Source: Candidatus Falkowbacteria bacterium
GTDB taxonomy: Bacteria > Patescibacteriota > Patescibacteriia > JAACEG01
Direction: 5' to 3'
DNA length: 64,000 bases
NCBI GenBank assembly: GCA_018651725.1
Contig: JABIDK010000005.1
Coordinates: 64-64,063 of the forward strand
Shown here one piece after another: positions 31,996 to 41,778 of the stretch. The notes beneath the pieces are model-generated. The model made no database searches. It was not told the origin of the DNA and worked only from the letters and a program-made list of their open reading frames with translations. The position numbers were made by a program, and so were the translations under genes. Within the stretch, counting starts at the first letter, position 1; every line of letters begins with the position of its first letter.

Positions 31996-33264
31996 CTAAT
32001 GTTTTGGTAAAGATATGATAACACAGTTGTCATTAAATGAGTACTTTACTCCCATTTTGTACAAAATTTGGAAGGAAGCCATCAACTCTAAGTCATCTCC
32101 TCGATGGTCGCAATCTTTCTCAGATGCAGATCTTTTTGTTAAACTGGTGTATTTTTCCAGTAAGGACATATCTGCGTTTGCCTGGCAAAAATGGATGTTA
32201 ATTCCTTCTCCCTGAATTTTTTCATAGTGAATTTCAACCAAACCGTCGTTTATAGTCAGTAGTTTTTTAAGTAATCTCCCGGAGAATTTTTCTATTTTTC
32301 TCCGATCAACCAAGAAATTTACATCGTCTATTTTTTGCCAGACAACTTTTTCTTTTCCGTGTTCTAACTGTAAGTAGTGTATGAGTTGAGAAAGAAAATA
32401 TTTCTCGTTGTTTATTTCTTCGGTCTTGTTCATATCGTTAGACACTGCACCGAAAATTTTCAGCGCTTCATCTACCCGGCTAGAGCTTTCGACAATTGGT
32501 TGAGCTTTTTCCAGACATTTTTTACAAGCGCTGTCGTCACCGTTATCGCAATGTTTTTTACAGATAATATTTGCCAGTCCACCGGCAGCCATGCTAGGAT
32601 TTTTAATAGAGTGATCAAAATAAGTCATCATACCTTGAAGAGTTTTAGCTTCAATAATATGAGCAATTTTTTGAAATTCTTCCTCAAACCACGATAACTC
32701 TCTTTCAATAGCCACTATCTCCTGCCCAACAGCGTCGATAAACCTTCTTTCGTCTTTACTAATTTCCATTTTTTTGCCGGTAGCATCAACGATTACAAAC
32801 CAAGTACCGCGAGGAGTTTCCACCATTGTATAGTAAATGGCGTTTATTTCCTCGTTCTTGATAAGATCCAACATGTATTCTGTTAGAGGATTTTCCAAGG
32901 GGTCTGTTATGTATTCACTGTCCACTTTCCGTCTTATTATAGAAGACAATGGCGGCGGAATGTTTTTTAAGGAGGTATCTCTTTGTGGTGGATGTCTGCC
33001 TGATATTCCCACCGATATTATTTTATACTCCTCCTCTGTTATTTGGCTGATTATGGCACGATTACCTTTTTTGCCTCCTTGAAGCGCCAGTAAAAGCCCT
33101 TTTGGCAGTTTTTGAAAAAGATCGTCAAAATCTTCCCACCTTGTTTTTTCTCTAACCCAAACTAAAAGATCCCATTTTTCAATAAAAAATCCATCATTAG
33201 CCCCTGTTTCTGTAATTTGCCCTTCAACCCCTAAACTTGTTTCTGATAAAATATTTTTTTCCAT
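31996..33264 (-). CDS. GAF-like plus HisKA-like sensor protein with degenerate ATPase domain
   Basis: H-box-like FDHSIKNPSMAAGGLA after a GAF-like region; no clear N/G1/G2 boxes. Confidence 0.6.
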   Translation of the reverse strand: MEKNILSETSLGVEGQITETGANDGFFIEKWDLLVWVREKTRWEDFDDLFQKLPKGLLLALQGGKKGNRAIISQITEEEYKIISVGISGRHPPQRDTSLKNIPPPLSSIIRRKVDSEYITDPLENPLTEYMLDLIKNEEINAIYYTMVETPRGTWFVIVDATGKKMEISKDERRFIDAVGQEIVAIERELSWFEEEFQKIAHIIEAKTLQGMMTYFDHSIKNPSMAAGGLANIICKKHCDNGDDSACKKCLEKAQPIVESSSRVDEALKIFGAVSNDMNKTEEINNEKYFLSQLIHYLQLEHGKEKVVWQKIDDVNFLVDRRKIEKFSGRLLKKLLTINDGLVEIHYEKIQGEGINIHFCQANADMSLLEKYTSLTKRSASEKDCDHRGDDLELMASFQILYKMGVKYSFNDNCVIISLPKH

Positions 33265-33370
33265 TTTTCTTCCCCCTAAAATATATTTTTTAAATTGTGA
33301 GTGTACAATAAGTCTATTTTTCTATTATTAAATCAAATATCTATAAAAAAGCAATAGTTTTTATAATAAT

Positions 33371-34717
33371 TTAAACCTTTTTCTTTTTTCTTAGTTTGAT
33401 CGTCGACACCTCTGCCAGTTGTATTCCATCTAGTTCTCCGCTCTCTATAATATCAAGAACAGCTTTTATTTTAGAAGCGTAGTTAAAGTTTTCCGTTAGT
33501 CCTTTTGTTCTGGCAATGCGTTCAAAAATCTTTTTTCTGTGTTCAAAATTTTCCAAAGGAATTTTTATTTCTTCACCCGGCTGTATATTATCGGGGTCAG
33601 AAATATTATTATATTCAGCCAGTTTCAGATAGTTTTTAATATAAAATTTACTACTTATTTTTGATAAAATTTCATTATTGCCAACTGTGTAGGTATAATA
33701 AGGCTCCTCTCTTAATTCTTTTCTTATTTTATTGGTTTTGTTTATCATGTAATCAATAAAACTGACTCGAGTCCTTTCATCTTTATTGGGAGTTTTTCTG
33801 ATATATTCATAGATAAATCCACCATTATAACCGCAGGCCATTAATTCACGATCATTTATTTTTCCGCTTAACTCCTCAAAAAATTTAGCACAAGCCTCAG
33901 CGCTTTTAATCGGATCAAAGCGATTGTCTATGGTTTTCCCGTTTTTTTCATACACCAGTCCATAAAGCCTGGCGGTACTTTCTATAAATTGATAGGCGCC
34001 GCGAGCATTAGCCGGTGAAACTGATTTTTCATTAAATCCGCCGGACTCCGGTATGGCAACATAGGCCAGATTTCCTGAAAGACCTTTTTTAACAAAAGGA
34101 TTTTTAAGTTCATATATTTTTTGTTGCATTTTTAAATAACCCTCTACCAGCTCTTGCCATTTTTTTCCTCCCTTGCTATATTTTTCAAGCCAAATTTGGT
34201 CGAGATTTTCCACTAATTTTTCCGCATCCCAATCAATGTCAGTTTCAGCTTCAAAACTAAAAACATCGGCAATTGTTGGCTGTATTTCATCTTGTTTTTC
34301 ATCTTCTCTCGCCATTTTATTGTCCGCAGGATCTCGCTGTGGCAGTGATTGTTTTTCTTCAAAATTTTCCCGAGCTTCTCGATGCAAAGCCTCCACCAAA
34401 GCCTTAAGATTTTCATTTTCAATCTTAATCTGCTCCGATGTTGGCTCTAGTTCTTCCTCTGATTTTTGATTTTTATCGTCTTCAATAGTCGGTAAATTTT
34501 TCTCGTTGTTTTTTAAACGCTCTATTCCTTCAGGAATAAGCGAACCCACGAACGCCCCTAGACCTATTTTAATCAACTTTCTCCTAGTTAGCTTATTTGT
34601 TTCATCATCTTTTTTAACTTTATCTTCAGTTGATTTTTTTTCGGCTAATTTTTTCTCTTTGCGTGCTTTTTTTATCTCGTCATGATCGTTAAGTGGTGAA
34701 ATTTTTTCAAAATTCAT
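33371..34717 (-). CDS. MltD-like lytic transglycosylase with LysM domain
   Basis: IPESG, ARGAYQFI..TA..YGL, D.RFDP.KS, GYNGG; LysM YTV...LSKIS...YNNI.DPDNIQPG; TRRK plus hydrophobic anchor. Confidence 0.9.
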   Translation of the reverse strand: MNFEKISPLNDHDEIKKARKEKKLAEKKSTEDKVKKDDETNKLTRRKLIKIGLGAFVGSLIPEGIERLKNNEKNLPTIEDDKNQKSEEELEPTSEQIKIENENLKALVEALHREARENFEEKQSLPQRDPADNKMAREDEKQDEIQPTIADVFSFEAETDIDWDAEKLVENLDQIWLEKYSKGGKKWQELVEGYLKMQQKIYELKNPFVKKGLSGNLAYVAIPESGGFNEKSVSPANARGAYQFIESTARLYGLVYEKNGKTIDNRFDPIKSAEACAKFFEELSGKINDRELMACGYNGGFIYEYIRKTPNKDERTRVSFIDYMINKTNKIRKELREEPYYTYTVGNNEILSKISSKFYIKNYLKLAEYNNISDPDNIQPGEEIKIPLENFEHRKKIFERIARTKGLTENFNYASKIKAVLDIIESGELDGIQLAEVSTIKLRKKKKV

Positions 34718-34943
34718 ATTTTATAAAATTAAGAATATATTAATATTTAACTACAATTTAAAATTATTGACAATATAGGAAGTTTTTTATATACTAATCT
34801 TAGCTCATTTGTTATAAAAATACAAAATAAAAGGAGGTGATTATTTGATTGTAATGTCAAGAGTATCTAGCGTGTAAAACGCCGATAGGCCTTTGAGGGG
34901 TAGGCGAAAAATCCCTCACAAAAAGAAAAACACTCAAAATAAC

Positions 34944-34980
34944 AAGGGCTGGGGACTTAGAGTCTGCCAGCCCTCTTTTT
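34944..34980 (+). terminator. intrinsic terminator
   Basis: AGGGCTGG-GAC...GTC-CCAGCCCT followed by T-run. Confidence 0.7.
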
Positions 34981-35022
34981 ATTAAAATTGAAAAATTATT
35001 AGCAATAGATTATACTCAATAT

Positions 35023-36000
35023 ATGAACAAAATCATTGAAGTAAAAAATTTAACCAAAACCTACGACTACTTTAAGAAAGAGCCGGGGCTTAAGAATTCT
35101 TTTAAGAATTTATTTAAACGAAAAAAGCTTTTTAAAAAAGCCGTGGATGATATTAGTTTTGATATTAATGAAGGTGAGATCGTTGGTTTTTTGGGGCCCA
35201 ACGGAGCCGGCAAAACCACCACCTTAAAAATGCTCTCCGGGATTTTAACACCAAACAAAGGAGAAATAAAAGTTTTGGATTATAACCCGGAAAAAAGAGA
35301 AGCTGAATATCAGAGACAGTTTGCTTTAGTTATGGGACAAAAAAATCAGCTTTGGTGGGATCTGCCGCCAATGGAAAGTTTTTTATTGAACAAAGAAATC
35401 TACGGAGTTTCAAAGCAAGAGTTTACTGAAAATTTAGACGAGCTTGTTAAAGCTTTAAAAATAGAAGATATAATAGATAAGCAAGTTAGAAAATTGTCCT
35501 TAGGCGAGCGAATGAAAAGCGAGCTGGTAGCATCGCTTCTGCACAGCCCTAAAGTTTTATTTTTAGACGAGCCAACCATTGGCTTAGACGTGATAGCACA
35601 AAAAAATATCAGAGACTTTCTTAAAAAGTACAACCAAAAAAGAAAAACCACAATTTTGCTGACCTCACATTATATGGAAGACATCGTCGCGCTTTGCGAT
35701 CGGCTTATTATTATCAACGAAGGAAAAATAATTTATAATGGTTCGATAAATGATTTAATGAAAAAATACGCACCCAATAAAATGATAACCGTCTTTTTTG
35801 AAAAAGAAATTTCAGCCAATGAATTGAAAAAGTTGGATAAAGTTTATAAAATAGAAGACTGTAAAGTTTTGTTCAAAGTTTCAAGAGAGGAAGTCAAAAA
35901 TTTCGCCACTAAAATTCTTTCCTCAGATTTACCCGTCAAAGACATCGAAATCAGCGAGGTAGATGTTGACAGCATAATCCGAAACGTCTTTACAGGGTAG
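35023..36000 (+). CDS. ABC transporter ATP-binding protein (ABC-2 exporter type)
   Basis: GPNGAGKTT, LSLGERM, LFLDEPTIGLD, LTSH. Confidence 0.96.
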   Translation: MNKIIEVKNLTKTYDYFKKEPGLKNSFKNLFKRKKLFKKAVDDISFDINEGEIVGFLGPNGAGKTTTLKMLSGILTPNKGEIKVLDYNPEKREAEYQRQFALVMGQKNQLWWDLPPMESFLLNKEIYGVSKQEFTENLDELVKALKIEDIIDKQVRKLSLGERMKSELVASLLHSPKVLFLDEPTIGLDVIAQKNIRDFLKKYNQKRKTTILLTSHYMEDIVALCDRLIIINEGKIIYNGSINDLMKKYAPNKMITVFFEKEISANELKKLDKVYKIEDCKVLFKVSREEVKNFATKILSSDLPVKDIEISEVDVDSIIRNVFTG

Positions 36001-36005
36001 CGCTT

Positions 36006-36794
36006 ATGTCCAAATATCTTTTAATTTTTTACAACAGCATTCAGAGAAGTTTAATCTATCGCTTCAACACCTTCTCTCTTTTGTTTATCCAAATTTTTGT
36101 TTTTGGAGTATTTTTTTATTTGTGGAGTTCTATTTACAGAGAGGGCGGGCAAATCGGCAACTATAGCTTGGGCGAAATGGTTACCTATTATTTTTTGGTA
36201 ATTTTTTTAAGTTTAATTATCAAGGCCGATGTGGCTTGGCGAGTCGGCGATGAAATTCGCCTAGGAACAATGACCACGATTTTACTTCGCCCAATTAGTT
36301 ATTTTGGCTATACATTTTCCAGGCTGGCAGGAGAAATTGTTTTTAACACAGCAGTATATTTTTCTTCTTTTTTAATTCTATTTTTATTTTTAAAAGATTA
36401 TTTAAATATTTCTCTTAACTTGGAGCAAGTTTCGTTTTTTCTGGTTTCAGTTATATTGGGAACAGCTATATATTTTTTATTTTTCTATATGGTCGGGCTG
36501 TCAACTTTTTGGTTTGGTTTTGTTTGGGGATTTAATTTTACTATGAGTATGATCGTTAGTTTTCTGGAGGGAGCAGTTATTCCTTTAGACCTGCTGCCTG
36601 AATTTATAACAAGAATGTCAAATTTTTTACCATTTAAATATATTATGTTCACCCCGATTTCAATCTTTACCAAACGAACGGAGCTAACTTTAGACTTGCT
36701 TATTATCCCACTCGTCTGGGTGATTGCATTATATTTTATTTCCTTAATTATGTTTAAAATCGGTGTTAAAAAATATGAAGGCTATGGAGCTTAA
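36006..36794 (+). CDS. ABC-2 family permease
   Basis: Six TM segments; I..G.M...LLRP motif; P..LLP. Confidence 0.9.
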   Translation: MSKYLLIFYNSIQRSLIYRFNTFSLLFIQIFVFGVFFYLWSSIYREGGQIGNYSLGEMVTYYFLVIFLSLIIKADVAWRVGDEIRLGTMTTILLRPISYFGYTFSRLAGEIVFNTAVYFSSFLILFLFLKDYLNISLNLEQVSFFLVSVILGTAIYFLFFYMVGLSTFWFGFVWGFNFTMSMIVSFLEGAVIPLDLLPEFITRMSNFLPFKYIMFTPISIFTKRTELTLDLLIIPLVWVIALYFISLIMFKIGVKKYEGYGA

Positions 36795-37596
36795 AAAAAC
36801 CTTTCTAAAATATTTTAAAATATTTTTACATCTGCAAAAAATTGGGTTAATGAGCAGGACCGCCTACAGAGCCAATTTTTTTATTATTATTTTTGCTGTT
36901 TTGATTCAAGCATCGTTTAGTTTGATTTTTATAAAAGTTGTCTTTGGTTTTTTAAACAATATTTCCGGCTGGAACTACTACGAAGCTCTGGTGATTGTCG
37001 CAACTTATTTGATAGTCGAAGGGTTGATGTGGGTTTTGTTTGGGCAGTTTAATACGATTGTTAAGCAAATACAACAGGGCGAGCTGGACGGATTAATCGT
37101 CAGGCCAATAGACACGCAGTTTCTAGTTTCTGTCTGGCGCGGAGACTCGGAGGATATAGTAAGAATAATCACCGGGCTCGGAGTAATTGTTTACGCGCTA
37201 AATAATTTGAATTTAACTTTAACGCAGATAACAGTTAATTCGTTTTTCTATATTTTTATGCTTTTTAATGCTTTAGTTATAACCTACAGCTTGGCGGTTT
37301 TATTTAAAACCATCAGCATCTGGACCATCGAAGCCAGAGCCTTTTTCCATTTAACGGATTCATTTTCCAGAATGAGCCAGTACCCGACTGATATTTTTTA
37401 TCACAAAATAGTCCAAACAATCGCCACTGTTATTATCCCGTTATTTTTTATGGCAACCGTGCCGGCAAAAATTTTAACCAGAGGCTTTGATTTAAAAATA
37501 GTCCTAAGTTCATTCATAATCGCCGGAGTATTTTTCTACATCTCCAGAAAATTTTTTCAATTCGCTCTTACCAAGTACGAAAGTGCCAGCTCTTGA
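36784..37596 (+). CDS. ABC-2 family permease
   Basis: YR.NF, GELD..IVRP, YP.DIF, YESASS C-terminus. Confidence 0.9.
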   Translation: MELKKTFLKYFKIFLHLQKIGLMSRTAYRANFFIIIFAVLIQASFSLIFIKVVFGFLNNISGWNYYEALVIVATYLIVEGLMWVLFGQFNTIVKQIQQGELDGLIVRPIDTQFLVSVWRGDSEDIVRIITGLGVIVYALNNLNLTLTQITVNSFFYIFMLFNALVITYSLAVLFKTISIWTIEARAFFHLTDSFSRMSQYPTDIFYHKIVQTIATVIIPLFFMATVPAKILTRGFDLKIVLSSFIIAGVFFYISRKFFQFALTKYESASS

Positions 37597-37676
37597 CTTT
37601 TTCACTATTTCTGCTAAGATAGATAGAAGTTTTTAATCGTACATTCAATCAAAAATCATAATAAGGAGAAGGAAAA

Positions 37677-38450
37677 ATGGAGCAACGAGTTAGTTTTGAG
37701 AAGTTTATGGAGCAACCTGTTTTTAACCGCGATAACGCTGAAAAAACAGGAGTTGAGCTAGAGGGTTATGTCTACGAGAACGGAGTGATTGTTCCACGCG
37801 GACCGGAAATCGTGGAGGCAATTAACGATCCGGAGTTAGCGAGCTGCGAACTACCTGCTTGTCAGATAGAGATAAAAACATTGCCATGCAAGGTAAAAAA
37901 TTTGAAATGGTATCTCTACGGTGGGAGAGCTATTCTGCAAGATGCAGCAGAAAGATTAGGATTGAGTTATTCATTTGATGCAATTGCTCCAGCCGACATT
38001 CCACTTGAAATTTCACCGGACAAGAGACACCAAGACATTGCTAAAAAACTATCTCACGAAAAACTTTTAGCAGGATCAAGGGTTGCCAGTACCCAGTTTC
38101 ACTTTGGGATGCGGGACAAAGAAGAAGCTTTAAAAGTTTATAATTTTTTGATTCAGCATTGTTATTATTTAATAAGTCTCGGAGACATATCTAAGGGTAG
38201 AAGACTAAATCTTTATGGTCGAGTTTATCCTGACTTTATGCCTCGCGCCTATCATGATTGGTATGAATTATACAGAGACGCTTGTGATCGAAATTTCGCA
38301 AATGATATCCGCAATTGGTGGGACATGATTCGTATTACCCGTTTTGGGACAATCGAATTACGGATGTTCGACTCTACTCCTGATATCGAAAGAATTCTCC
38401 ATTGGAACAGGGTATGTTTTCATTTCGTGAAAGAAGCGTTAAATTCATAA
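37677..38450 (+). CDS. glutamate--cysteine ligase family 2 (GCS2)-like carboxylate-amine ligase
   Basis: GVELE, CQIEIKT, STQFHFG, WWDMIR...GTIELRMFD. Confidence 0.8.
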   Translation: MEQRVSFEKFMEQPVFNRDNAEKTGVELEGYVYENGVIVPRGPEIVEAINDPELASCELPACQIEIKTLPCKVKNLKWYLYGGRAILQDAAERLGLSYSFDAIAPADIPLEISPDKRHQDIAKKLSHEKLLAGSRVASTQFHFGMRDKEEALKVYNFLIQHCYYLISLGDISKGRRLNLYGRVYPDFMPRAYHDWYELYRDACDRNFANDIRNWWDMIRITRFGTIELRMFDSTPDIERILHWNRVCFHFVKEALNS

Positions 38451-38529
38451 TCCATAAACCTCAACCTAAGAGGGAGTCAGAAAAACCGACCCCTCTTTTT
38501 TTATTTTTTAAAAATGGTAAAATAAAAAC

Positions 38530-39765
38530 ATGTTAAAAAAATTACTACAACACAAAGAAAACTATAATCAAGAAAAAATAGAGTTTTTAAGCTTTACTTC
38601 TTTTTTGCTTGGTTTTTCCGGAGCGCTTTTGACCTATATCGTTTCTTCTTATTTTAAGGAAGTTTTAAACACCGATAATGTTGGTATCTTCTTTTTACTT
38701 TCCTATGTAATTTTTTTAATCGCTCTTCTTAATTTGCATAAGTTGATAAATTTGTGGGGAAAGGTAAAGGTTTTTTATATTTTCTTTTTTATTAGAACAA
38801 TATCTCTTTTGTTTTTGATTTTTTTACCGCCGTCTCCTCAAGCGTTGGTTTTCTTGGTTATTTACATAATTACTGAGGTAATGGGCTGGGTTAATTTGGA
38901 CACATTATTGGAGTCATTCTCAGCCGATAATATGTCCGGGCGAATTAGAGGACTTCATTTAACTGTTATGAATACGGGAATTTTGATAGCTCCGTTTTTT
39001 GCCACTCGAGTTTTAGAGCAATTTGATTATAAGGGATTATTTTTTGCAGTTTTCGTTGTGCACTTTTTGGTTTTTTCAATAACCTTAATGGGTTTTAGAG
39101 GAATTAACCATACCTTTCACAAAAAAGAAACCGTTCTTGCGCTCCTTAAAAGAGCCTGGCAGAGAAAAAACATCATCAGAATTTATTATATTTCTTTTAT
39201 CTTGGAGTTTTTCTACGCTATTATGATTATTTTTACTCCTTTATATTTACTGGGGCTTGGTTTTTCTTGGATACAAATAGGAACAATTTTTTCTATCATG
39301 CTTGTTCCTTTCGTCCTTATTCAATACCCAATTGGCATTCTTGCCGACAAAGAAACAGGCGAAAAAGAACTTATTGCTTTATCTCTTTTTATTATGGGTT
39401 TTTCAACATTAGCTTTTTACTATATAAAATCCACTGACATTTTTATTCTAGGAGCTATTTTATTTATGACCAGGGTAGGAGCATCGCTAATTGAGATTCT
39501 AAGAGATTCATATTTTTATAAAAGAATAGATTCTCGCGACATTGATTTAATCGATTTTTTTAGAACATCAAAATCACTAGCCTACATTCTAGCAGCCGGC
39601 GTGTCCTCTATTTTACTCTTGAAACTCCCAATAGATTTTCTATTTTTTTTCCTAGCAGTCGTAATATTTTCCGGGCTTTATCCAACTTTTAAATTAAAAG
39701 ACAATCAAAGCGAAAAGGAAATAAGAATTGGCAAAATGAAAATAAAAATCACAAAGAGTTTTTAA
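38530..39765 (+). CDS. MFS transporter
   Basis: About 12 TM segments; G.LADK.TGEK loop motif. Confidence 0.88.
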   Translation: MLKKLLQHKENYNQEKIEFLSFTSFLLGFSGALLTYIVSSYFKEVLNTDNVGIFFLLSYVIFLIALLNLHKLINLWGKVKVFYIFFFIRTISLLFLIFLPPSPQALVFLVIYIITEVMGWVNLDTLLESFSADNMSGRIRGLHLTVMNTGILIAPFFATRVLEQFDYKGLFFAVFVVHFLVFSITLMGFRGINHTFHKKETVLALLKRAWQRKNIIRIYYISFILEFFYAIMIIFTPLYLLGLGFSWIQIGTIFSIMLVPFVLIQYPIGILADKETGEKELIALSLFIMGFSTLAFYYIKSTDIFILGAILFMTRVGASLIEILRDSYFYKRIDSRDIDLIDFFRTSKSLAYILAAGVSSILLLKLPIDFLFFFLAVVIFSGLYPTFKLKDNQSEKEIRIGKMKIKITKSF

Positions 39766-39769
39766 ATAT

Positions 39770-41602
39770 ATGTGTGGGATTATTGGTTATATTGGACAAA
39801 ATAAAGCTTTGCCTGTCTTGTTGGATGGGCTGAGAAGATTGGAGTACCGTGGGTATGACTCAGCTGGGGTGGCTGTTTGTGATGGTCAAGAAATAATAAC
39901 TGTGAAAGCGGTTGGAAAAATAGTTGAGCTTGATAAAAAGATTTCTTTGGAAAATAAATCTTTGCAAGGTAATGTGGGAATTGCTCATACGCGCTGGGCG
40001 ACTCATGGGAAGCCGAGCCTTGAAAATGCTCATCCGCACTGTGGTTGCAAACAAGAAATTTGGCTGGCTCACAATGGGATAATTGAAAATTATGCAGAAT
40101 TAAAAAAACTTCTGGAAAAGAAAGGACATAAATTTTTAAGTGAAACCGATACCGAAGTCATCGCGCATTTAATTGAGGAAAACTATAAAGACGATTTAAA
40201 AATCGCCTTGCAAAAATCATTGAAATTATTAAAAGGAGCTTACGGTATTGTGGTAATGCACGCTAAAGAGCCGGACACTATCTTGGCAGTGAAAAAAGGA
40301 AGCCCTCTTCTTGTTGGACTTGGTGACAAAGAAACCATCATCGCCTCTGATGTTTCAGCGATTATTCGCTACACCGATAAAATTGTTTATCTAGAGGACA
40401 ATGAAATTGTTAAAGTGAATAAAGCCGGCTTTAAAATTTTTAATTCAGACTATGAAGAAATAAGCAAAGAAATAAAAAAAGTAGAGATAGACAAAAACGA
40501 AATAGAAAAATCCGGATTTCCTCATTTTATGCTTAAAGAAATTTTTGAACAACCTAAGACAATCACCGACAGCGTAAGAGGAAGATTGGTTTTAAGTGAA
40601 GGCAAAGTCAAACTTGGCGGACTGGAAAGTGTTCAGGAAAAATTGCGCGAAATTAACAGGATTATTATCGTTGGTTGCGGAACAGCCTACAACGCCGGTC
40701 TTGTTGGAGAGTATATGCTGGAGGAGTACGCCAACATCCCGGTTGAAGTTGAGTACGCCAGCGAATTCCGTTATCGCAAACCAATCTTGGATAAAAACAC
40801 AGCTGTACTCGCTATCTCACAGTCCGGAGAAACCGCCGATACTTTAGCCGCTATCAAAGAAGCCAAGGAAAAAGGAGTTTTAACTTTGGGAATAATAAAC
40901 AGCGTCGGCTCCACTATCGCTCGTGAGGTAGATGCCGGAATATACAACCATGCCGGTCCGGAGATCTCCGTTGCCTCAACCAAAGCCTTTACTTCACAGG
41001 TTATTATCCTCGCGTTGCTAACGGTTTTTTTAGGCAGACAACGTCAAATGTCGTTTATTACCGGAAAAAGAATTGTTGAAGAAATTGAAAACCTTCCAAA
41101 TAAGATAAATAAAATATTAAAACAAGAAAAAGACATTAAAAAAATTGCTAAGAAATATTATAAATCAAAAAACTTTGCCTTTTTAGGAAGAAAATACAAC
41201 GAACCACTTGCCTTCGAGGGCGCTTTAAAGTTAAAAGAGTTGTCCTACATCCATGCCGAAGGCTTTCCCTCCGGAGAAATGAAGCACGGTCCAATTGCCA
41301 TGATAGACAAAAATTTCCCTAGCTTATTTATCTGCCCTCAAGACAGTGTCTATGAAAAAAATATTAGCAACATTGAAGAAATTAAGTCTCGAAGCGGCAA
41401 GGTAATTACAACAGCAACCGTTGGTGATGAAAATATTAAAAATATATCTGACCAGGTTATTTATATCCCAAAAAGCTTAGAGATGCTAACCCCGATTTTG
41501 GCGGTTATCCCTTTGCAGTTATTTTCTTATTATATGGCAGTTTTAAATAATCGTGATGTAGATAAACCGCGTAATTTAGCAAAAAGCGTAACTGTAGAGT
41601 AG
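39770..41602 (+). CDS. glmS: glutamine--fructose-6-phosphate transaminase
   Basis: MCGIIG, EYRGYDSAG, HTRWATHG, SQSGETADT, PRNLAKSVTVE. Confidence 0.99.
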   Translation: MCGIIGYIGQNKALPVLLDGLRRLEYRGYDSAGVAVCDGQEIITVKAVGKIVELDKKISLENKSLQGNVGIAHTRWATHGKPSLENAHPHCGCKQEIWLAHNGIIENYAELKKLLEKKGHKFLSETDTEVIAHLIEENYKDDLKIALQKSLKLLKGAYGIVVMHAKEPDTILAVKKGSPLLVGLGDKETIIASDVSAIIRYTDKIVYLEDNEIVKVNKAGFKIFNSDYEEISKEIKKVEIDKNEIEKSGFPHFMLKEIFEQPKTITDSVRGRLVLSEGKVKLGGLESVQEKLREINRIIIVGCGTAYNAGLVGEYMLEEYANIPVEVEYASEFRYRKPILDKNTAVLAISQSGETADTLAAIKEAKEKGVLTLGIINSVGSTIAREVDAGIYNHAGPEISVASTKAFTSQVIILALLTVFLGRQRQMSFITGKRIVEEIENLPNKINKILKQEKDIKKIAKKYYKSKNFAFLGRKYNEPLAFEGALKLKELSYIHAEGFPSGEMKHGPIAMIDKNFPSLFICPQDSVYEKNISNIEEIKSRSGKVITTATVGDENIKNISDQVIYIPKSLEMLTPILAVIPLQLFSYYMAVLNNRDVDKPRNLAKSVTVE

Positions 41603-41778
41603 GTTGCCTAAAGTTTATTATATAGATGTAGGCGTGCTACAACGATTAACAGAAATATAGTTTTGTAATTTAATTATGGCCTATTTGTTTAATAAACAAA
41701 TAGGCCTTTTTTTGATAAATAAAATTTGCCTTTAGATGCTGAAAATGTTACCTTGGTAATATATTAAATTAATTTTCT

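Noticed and set aside
34860-34980. c-di-GMP or other known riboswitch
   Set aside because: I could not match the conserved GEMM or other aptamer motifs by eye; kept only as an unexplained short transcript.
39760-39770. glmS ribozyme
   Set aside because: Only 4 nt separate the MFS gene from glmS, leaving no room.
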